The notes beneath the pieces were generated by a model. It was not told the DNA's origin and searched no databases. It saw nothing but the letters and a program-made list of their open reading frames with translations. A stretch of DNA of 64,000 nucleotides from Octopus vulgaris (Eukaryota): positions 3,286,001 to 3,350,000 of the forward strand of contig OX597814.1 in NCBI GenBank assembly GCA_951406725.2, written 5' to 3'. Numbering within the stretch: the first letter of the stretch is position 1; each line of letters begins with the position of its first letter. The translations under genes were made by a program, and so were the position numbers. Positions 57,192-64,000 of this stretch are shown here, one piece after another.

Positions 57192-57611
57192 CAGTCCACA
57201 AGAACATTACTGATATTTTCCACACTTTATGTTCACCCCGTGTAGTACTCAATACTTTAGAGAGTAGAGAATGTTATATTCCTTAATTGGTAACCTATGC
57301 AAAGTCAAAGGTTTCGATTTTATGCAAATCATATCACATGACTAGAATGACATAGAATCGAAAAAGAATGCATAGAATGTATTTCAGTCAACAAAGTATG
57401 CGCTTGCGTACACGCACGGTTACGCACACATATGCACAAAGGCATACACTTACACATGGCTTCAAATACAAGCATACACACACACACACACACACACACA
57501 CATAGTACAAAGAATAAAGAAAAAACGCAAAGACGTTGAGAGAAATAGGAATTCTTTAACATTTCGAGCATACCCTCTTCTTCGGAAAAGAGGTGAAGAA
57601 AGAAATATTAG

Positions 57612-57850
57612 ACGGCTGTGTGGTAAGAAGATTGCTTCCCAATCACATGGTTCTGGGTTCAGTTTTACTCAATCTGCTTGACAACCGATGGTAGTGTGCT
57701 TATATGCCCGTAACTTAACGGTTCGACAAAAGAGATAAAACAGCACAGAACTTAAGAAAAAAAATAAAGAATGGGGTTAGTTTGTTCGCCAAATATTCTT
57801 CCAGTCGCTGCTACAGCATGACCATAATCTAATGTCTAAAGCAAGTAAAA
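57612..57850 (+). mobile_element. SINE family B, deleted and diverged copy
   Basis: Head plus tail remnant. Confidence 0.7.
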
Positions 57851-57853
57851 TAA

Positions 57854-57954
<101 letters not shown>

Positions 57955-58037
57955 TTGTATGTGTGTATGTATAGTTTATGGTTCCGTTAACGTCAGCATA
58001 AAGTAGGAACTCCATCCAACCGAGATAAATATCATTT

Positions 58038-58420
58038 AATGTACTCTGTACTGCAATAAGAGCTACCAACAGTTTCTTGTTATTAAGACACGTGGTTAGA
58101 CAGGTTTTTATAACGTGCTTTATGCATCCAAGCAATATTGAGGTTGTGAGCCCATGTTGTGTTCCATTTGAAAATCAGGACACAACAACACGAGAAACCA
58201 CGTGTAAAGAACGAGAAGTTTGATGCAAACACTGGCATGATAAGAGAAAGAGCAAATAAAAATGGAAAAGGAAAGGAAGGAAAAGAAAGAAAGTCTGAGT
58301 AACGTCTTCTTTGACCGAAGAAGTTATAATTAAACTAGTTGTAAAATAATTGAATGGAGAGGAGTCCAAAGTCTGCGAGACAGCTGCTCGATCCGGAGAG
58401 GGTTCTGTCCTTCCGTCCAC
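58038..58420. mobile_element. Second copy of the Penelope-like remnant
   Basis: AAGAGCTACCAACAGTTTCTTG module in the same orientation as 41883; second module inverted relative to 42200-42303. Confidence 0.5.
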
Positions 58421-58585
58421 CAATAGATATTTGTCCATATACTTGCATTTGCTGAAGATTTCAGATCTGGAATTATGTAGTGTAGTGGAATTCTTACATT
58501 TAAAAAGCATGTGTCACCTTTCAGCTACGCATAAGTTGTATTCTTTAAATCTCATATATAATGTTTGTCAATGTAAATATGTGCG

Positions 58586-58649
<64 letters not shown>

Positions 58650-59172
58650 CGTATGTGCATGTGTACGTGCGTGTGTTTGTGTGTGTGTGTGTGGTACTTC
58701 CCAATTGTAAAAGGATGAGTTAAAATACTTCGATGAACTGAGATGACCTGGGTAATCAGTTGATAAAAACTCCTCTGTAGGAAGTTTTCGAACTCTATGA
58801 CAACAGTTAAGAGAAATAATTATATTAAAATTGTTTGGTGGATGTTTGTGATTCTGGTTCTATAAATTAAAGAAAGAAAGAATGAAGGAAAGAAAGAAAG
58901 AAAGAATGAATGAAAGAAAGAAAGAAAGAGAGATAGAGAGAAATAATACAGTTAAAGACGAAATCTCTGCTAAAATCTGTCGGTGTCAGTGGATTATTGT
59001 CTTCGATAATGGTATCCTGTTGAGATCAACGGAATCTTCTACAAAAAGTGACGCACTGGATTTGATAGATCCAAGCAGAAAATTCTTCAGTTTCGTTATT
59101 TTTCTAGTCGTTTACGCTTTTAAGGATTAATTCTTTTTTTTTTTTACAATACCATTTTTTATCGTTAAGAAA

Positions 59173-59259
<87 letters not shown>

Positions 59260-59261
<2 letters not shown>

Positions 59262-59579
59262 CATGAATGTTGTGAGTAAAGAGGTTGAAAAAATTAACCA
59301 AGTACTCCGAATTGAAAGTGGAAACGACAAGACTGTATGGAATGCGAGAGGGTAATGTAAAAGTGATACCAGTGGTGATCGGAGCGTTTGGGTTCAATCC
59401 CATTGAAACTTCAAGACTTCTTAAGGCCACTGGAAATCACATGCAAGATTGATGTCTTGCAAAAAGCAGCCTTCCTGGGCACAGCGCACATCTTAAGGAA
59501 AGTATTACCTGTCTGAGGTTCCTTGTTGTGACTTGACAGATGACTTAAGTCCCCGGTGCAATTTTGTGTTACGAAGGAA
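59260..59579 (+). mobile_element. 3' end of a Dong/R4-clade LINE (restriction-like endonuclease C-terminus) inserted in (AAT)n
   Basis: With two +1 frameshifts it reads DMNVVSKEVEKITKYSELKVETTRLYGM...VKVIPVVIGALGSIP...LQKAAFLGTAHILRKVLPV* (stop 59514-59516); (AAT)n flanks. Confidence 0.88.
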
Positions 59580-59604
59580 TAATAATTACTATTTCAAATT
59601 TTGA

Positions 59605-59778
59605 AGTGTTTTGTTATTGAACAAAACACTTCCTTGCATGCAGCTCAGTCCACTCAAATGGCAAAAATGAGTAACCGTGAGACGGACCGGCGTCCCGTCC
59701 CCCGTCCAGGTGGGGAATGTATACGCGATGGAAACCGAGAAACCGGCCCTCATGAGCCTGGCATGGCTCGAGAAGGAG
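59605..59778 (+). mobile_element. Headless SINE remnant with CORE-like and V-like domains
   Basis: CAGTCCACTCAAATGGCAAAAATGAGTA (shared with the family C variant), then GACGGACCGGCGTCCCGTCC...GAAACCG...GGCTCG. Confidence 0.55.
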
Positions 59779-59900
59779 ATATTTATTTTATGATAAAAAT
59801 GAACGGTAATATTTTCCATCTATAGACACACTATTAATTTCTGACTAGAAAATGGTATACAAAAAGAGTACAGAACCTCTATAGTCCTATGAAAAAAAAA

Positions 59901-60226
59901 GGAGCACTCCGTCGGTTACGACGACGAGGGTCCCAGCTGATACGATCAACGGAACAGCTTGCTTGTGAAATTAACGTGCAAGTGGCTGAGCACTCCACAG
60001 ACACGTGTACCTTTAACGTAGTTCGCAAGAAGATTCAGTGTGACACAGAGTGTGACAAGGCTGGCCCTTTTTTTGAAATACAGGTACTACTCGTTTTTGC
60101 CAGCTGAGGGGACTGGAGCAACGTGAAATAAAGTGTCTTGCTCAAGGACACAATACGTCGCCGGAAATCGAACTCACAATCTTACGATCATGAGCCGAAT
60201 GTCCTAACCACTAAGCCACACGCCCT
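59901..60226 (-). mobile_element. SINE family C variant, full length
   Basis: Head GGGCGTGTGGCTTAGTGGTTAGG, B-box GAGTTCGATTTCC, CORE-like TGTGTCCTTGAGCAAGACACTT; degenerate TSD ATA(G/A)TCCTA(T/C)G. Confidence 0.88.
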
Positions 60227-60676
60227 TACATAATCCTACGGACTATAGGTCAAATCAACAAAGTAAACCAATAATCCGTAACAATAGGATGTAAAGATCT
60301 GGTTTTTGGAATGTTATGCGAAGTTTACTCCGATAGACCTATAGTCTCAAACATAGTTTAGCAACAGTTTAAAACACCTGGTTACATTAATCAGGCTTTA
60401 GGAATTGTATAGATATTGAATCCCCTTATAGTTCCATCAACAATAAGCTAAATCTATTGACTATAACCTGTCTTTCAACCAATCTTAAAAACAATTCCCA
60501 ATCACAAGATATTGAACACACATTTGACATTCGGAACAGTGCACTTATTGACTTATAGACTATACCTATAGGCTATGCCTTTGGCTTATACATATTGTTA
60601 TAGATAATTCCCAATAAATTAGAAAATTACTATTTGCAAATCTCAGAACGAGAGATATTCAGCAACAGTTCTTTCT

Positions 60677-61038
60677 AGTAAAGATTGTTTGCCAACATAA
60701 CATGGCAGTCCTGGTTTAGGACGAATGTGGCTGTAATTTAGCCCCAGGAGACATCGTCCCCTGCTGGCTATACGACACGATCTGTGTCCCTATATTTTTG
60801 AACAAGGGAATCTAGCAACCCCACTCAGCTCAAAACATCTGTATCTGTGTAACCCGGAAATCGCGATACACAGATATTGTTTTGGGCTGCGTTGGGGTGC
60901 TAGATTCCCTTGTTCAAAAATATAAGGACACAGATCGTGTCGTATAGCCAGCTGGAGACGATGTCTCCTGGGGCTAAATTACAGCAACATTCGTCCTAAA
61001 CCAGGACTGCCATGTTATGTTGGCAAATAATCTTTACT
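60677..61038. mobile_element. 362-bp palindromic foldback element (MITE-like)
   Basis: Arms of about 175 bp, AGTAAAGATTGTTTGCCAACATAACATGG... and ...CCATGTTATGTTGGCAAATAATCTTTACT; short spacer near 60852-60866. Confidence 0.9.
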
Positions 61039-61454
61039 CCAATTCCCAATAAGCTGTGAAAATCAATAAATCGACGTAGATAATATCTAATAACCAGGTT
61101 AGTTCTAAAGAGAAGCTGTTGACTAAATAAATTCTGTAAGCTGAAGAAAAGAGAGGGGGAGGAGGGAGGGGAAGTGTGTGTGTGTTTGAGGGAGAGAATG
61201 AGCGAGTGTGCGCGTGCGTGAGCTGGTTTTATATGTCAGAGAAAGTGTATGAGTGAGAATGTTAGTGAGTGAGTGGAGGGGAGAGAGAGAGTGTTAGTGA
61301 CTAAATAAGAAAGCGAGTGAGTGAGTGAGCGAGAGTGAGTGAGAATGAGGAAGAGAGAGAAGGGGGAGGAGGGAATTCAAGGTGCGGAGTATGAAGAAGA
61401 AGAAGCTGGACGAGTGTGATTGAGAGAATGTGAACGAGGTCGGTAATGTTTAAG

Positions 61455-61520
61455 ATCCCGGAACTGGCAGCCATTTCGTAGTTTGTTTACATCTGTTTAG
61501 TGGAGATAATAATTAATGAG
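61455..61520. promoter_or_regulatory. Candidate autoregulatory enhancer: E-box-N8-GATA composite with Fox, ETS-like and homeobox motifs
   Basis: CATCTG (61490-61495), TTTAGTGG, AGATAA (61504-61509); overlapping TGTTTAC; CCGGAA at 61458; TAATTA at 61510. Confidence 0.55.
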
Positions 61521-61659
61521 GAGATCGCCATCAGCTTGCAGAGACGACATGTCGCGAAAGGAGTCGGGAGAGTTTGAGACAGACAACTGCAGAAATGGCA
61601 CGGCGGCGGCGGACTTCAATGTGGCTCGATGCGAGGGTCATTCAGTGCCTAAATCTGTA

Positions 61660-61713
<54 letters not shown>

Positions 61714-61999
61714 TGTGTACTCAATAATGAGCTCAGTAGCAGTCATCGATATACAGGTCCCATTGGTTTCATGTAAGTTGGGTCTGATTATAGCTTTACA
61801 ACACGATATTAGTTACGATCGTCAGGCTTGGCTGATGATTTTAACAAACATCGTGTTGGGAAACACCCTGGTACTTAGTCGTTTCTACGCTTCACACGAA
61901 GACAATGGGTCTTTACTTTTATTGTTGCGTTGTATTTAGTATATAATAAAGAACTTAATCTTCGTGGAAACTATACGTATACAAAGCAATACATACATT

Positions 62000-62043
<44 letters not shown>

Positions 62044-62145
62044 TATACACAAACACACAAACACAGAAACACGCACAAGACAGATGCGTTAGAAGCACAC
62101 ACAAGCACATGAGTCTGTGGATGTATATGCATATAAGAAGTATTC

Positions 62146-62232
62146 TGCGCGGGAACACAGCGCATCGCCCGATCTAGGAACCGAAACCATAATCTTACGA
62201 TCGCGAGAGCAACATCCCGACCGTTAAGCCAC
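62146..62232 (-). mobile_element. SINE family C-type head fragment
   Basis: TGTGGCTTAACGGTCGGG...TCACGATCGTAAG-like...GGTTTCGGTTCC. Confidence 0.55.
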
Positions 62233-62237
62233 AAGTG

Positions 62238-62278
<41 letters not shown>

Positions 62279-62295
62279 AAACTCACACACACACA

Positions 62296-62347
<52 letters not shown>

Positions 62348-62350
<3 letters not shown>

Positions 62351-62620
62351 CCTTTAAGTACCTATTTCTTTACTACCCACAAGGGGCTAAACACAGAGGG
62401 GAGAAACAAGGACAGACATAGGTATTAAGTCGATTATATCGACCCCAGTGCGTAACTGGTACTTAATTTATCGACCCCGAAAGGATGAAAGGCAAAGTCG
62501 ACCTCGGCGGACATCCTTTAAGTACCAGTTACGCACTGGGGTCGATGTAATCGACTTAATCCGTTTGTCTGTCCTTGTTTGTCCCCTCTGTATTTAGTCC
62601 CTTGTGGGAAGTAAAGAAAT
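62348..62620. mobile_element. Two opposite-orientation SINE family A fragments, one nested with a 15-bp direct repeat
   Basis: CATCCTTTAAGTACC at 62348-62362 and 62512-62526; minus copy 62363-62510, plus copy 62512-62620; (TAC)n on both flanks. Confidence 0.85.
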
Positions 62621-62621
62621 T

Positions 62622-62657
<36 letters not shown>

Positions 62658-62802
62658 CACTAGTAGTAGTAGTAGTACTATAACGATTACAGTTGCTGCT
62701 GCTGCTGCTACTATTACTACTACCACAGTAATCTAAGTAGTATTTAAGTGGACGATGTGTTTTCGATGTTCGACATCAGTAAGGGAGAGAGAAGAGGGGG
62801 AG

Positions 62803-62838
<36 letters not shown>

Positions 62839-63202
62839 GGGAGGGGATGACAGAGAGAAATGAGAGAAGAGAAGGGTGTCAGAGACAGAGTGGGGGTACT
62901 ATTAAAGTGCCACAAACGGTAACATAGCGAAGGTGAAGAAAGATTAACTGTGGCAAGTTGTTGTGCTGAGTATGGTAAAATGGTGGCGGAGGTGGGGAGT
63001 AGGTAGTTTTGTTGTGGTGGTGGTAAGGGTGGTGGTGGTGGTGAGGGTGATGGCGGTAACGGAAGAGTAGATTTGGTTTTTGAAAACCCTTGTCGAAATA
63101 TATAAGTCTGTATGCACGGGAGTGCGTGCGTCATTTTGTATATTTTGAGAGCAAGCATCTCCGTATGAAATCCTGCGTTGAATAATAGTGCGCGTGCGCG
63201 TG

Positions 63203-63249
<47 letters not shown>

Positions 63250-63579
63250 TCGTGTGTGTGTGTGTGTATGTTTCGTTTTTCTATATGTGTATATGTGTTT
63301 CATATATGTATATATAAATATATATATATACATATATATATATATATGCATATATACATATATATATGCATATATATATATATATGCATATATATATATG
63401 CATATATATATGCATATTTATATATATATATGCGCATTCATATATGTGTGGGGGTGTCTGTGAGTGCATGTGACTTTGCATTTCCCTATTTTTATTAATC
63501 ACTATTCTTTCTACAAAGAGGGACCTAGTTTCCAACAAGCAAAAACTCATTGCAGTTGGGACAACAACTACAATAAGTG

Positions 63580-63617
<38 letters not shown>

Positions 63618-64000
63618 AACTTTAAGAAAGTTTTATATATTGTTACTGTTCCACTTACAGATTATATCTGTAATGTACGTGTTCGCTGGTCTCTTTCTTT
63701 GCTTGAAAATCCTTATCCACATTATGTCTTAGGCATTTTTGGGTATAAATAGGTATTTATAATCAGGTAAAAGGAGCTTGTTTCGAAGTAGTTTCCCATA
63801 AATATTGTCTGTCTCATTGATTTTGAAACATGGCCATCGCAAACTGAATGAAAAGCAGTCACGAATATGAATATGACTAGGTTAAACGAAATAATATATG
63901 AAGCAAACACTACAAAATGGCTACACGTTCATATTTTTTCCTCTAGAAACATCGAATCCGAACAAATATGCAGAAAACGGGAGAAAATAAGAGAAAATTT

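Noticed and set aside
61516-61776. 86-aa plus-strand ORF MRRSPSACRDD...
   Set aside because: No recognisable homology, and it runs into (TG)n; the region is better explained as regulatory.

Overview
This is AT-rich, microsatellite-saturated eukaryotic DNA whose SINE families look like those of octopus (coleoid cephalopod); the species assignment is an inference. The only convincing protein-coding feature is one internal 546-nt exon (11636-12181, minus strand) of a GATA1/2/3-class transcription factor. It has phase-1 splice sites on both sides and ends just before zinc finger 1. I could not find the zinc-finger exons or the upstream coding exon, so the rest of the window appears to be large introns or flank of that gene. 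Almost all other ORFs in the track are microsatellite artefacts. The non-coding DNA holds three or four tRNA-derived SINE families and 3' ends of Tx1/L1-, Dong/R4- and RTE-like LINEs. It also holds Tc1/mariner, Tigger- and MULE-like remnants, Penelope-type hammerhead-like motifs, several long foldbacks and a 5'-truncated intron-containing tRNA-Lys(TTT). Main highlights: an exact CATCTG-N8-AGATAA composite (the architecture of the mammalian Gata2 +9.5 enhancer) at 61490-61509; SINE concatemers with the same junction at three loci; a SINE tail matching a Tx1/L1-like LINE tail in the window; and hammerhead-like motifs with a CCGA core variant.
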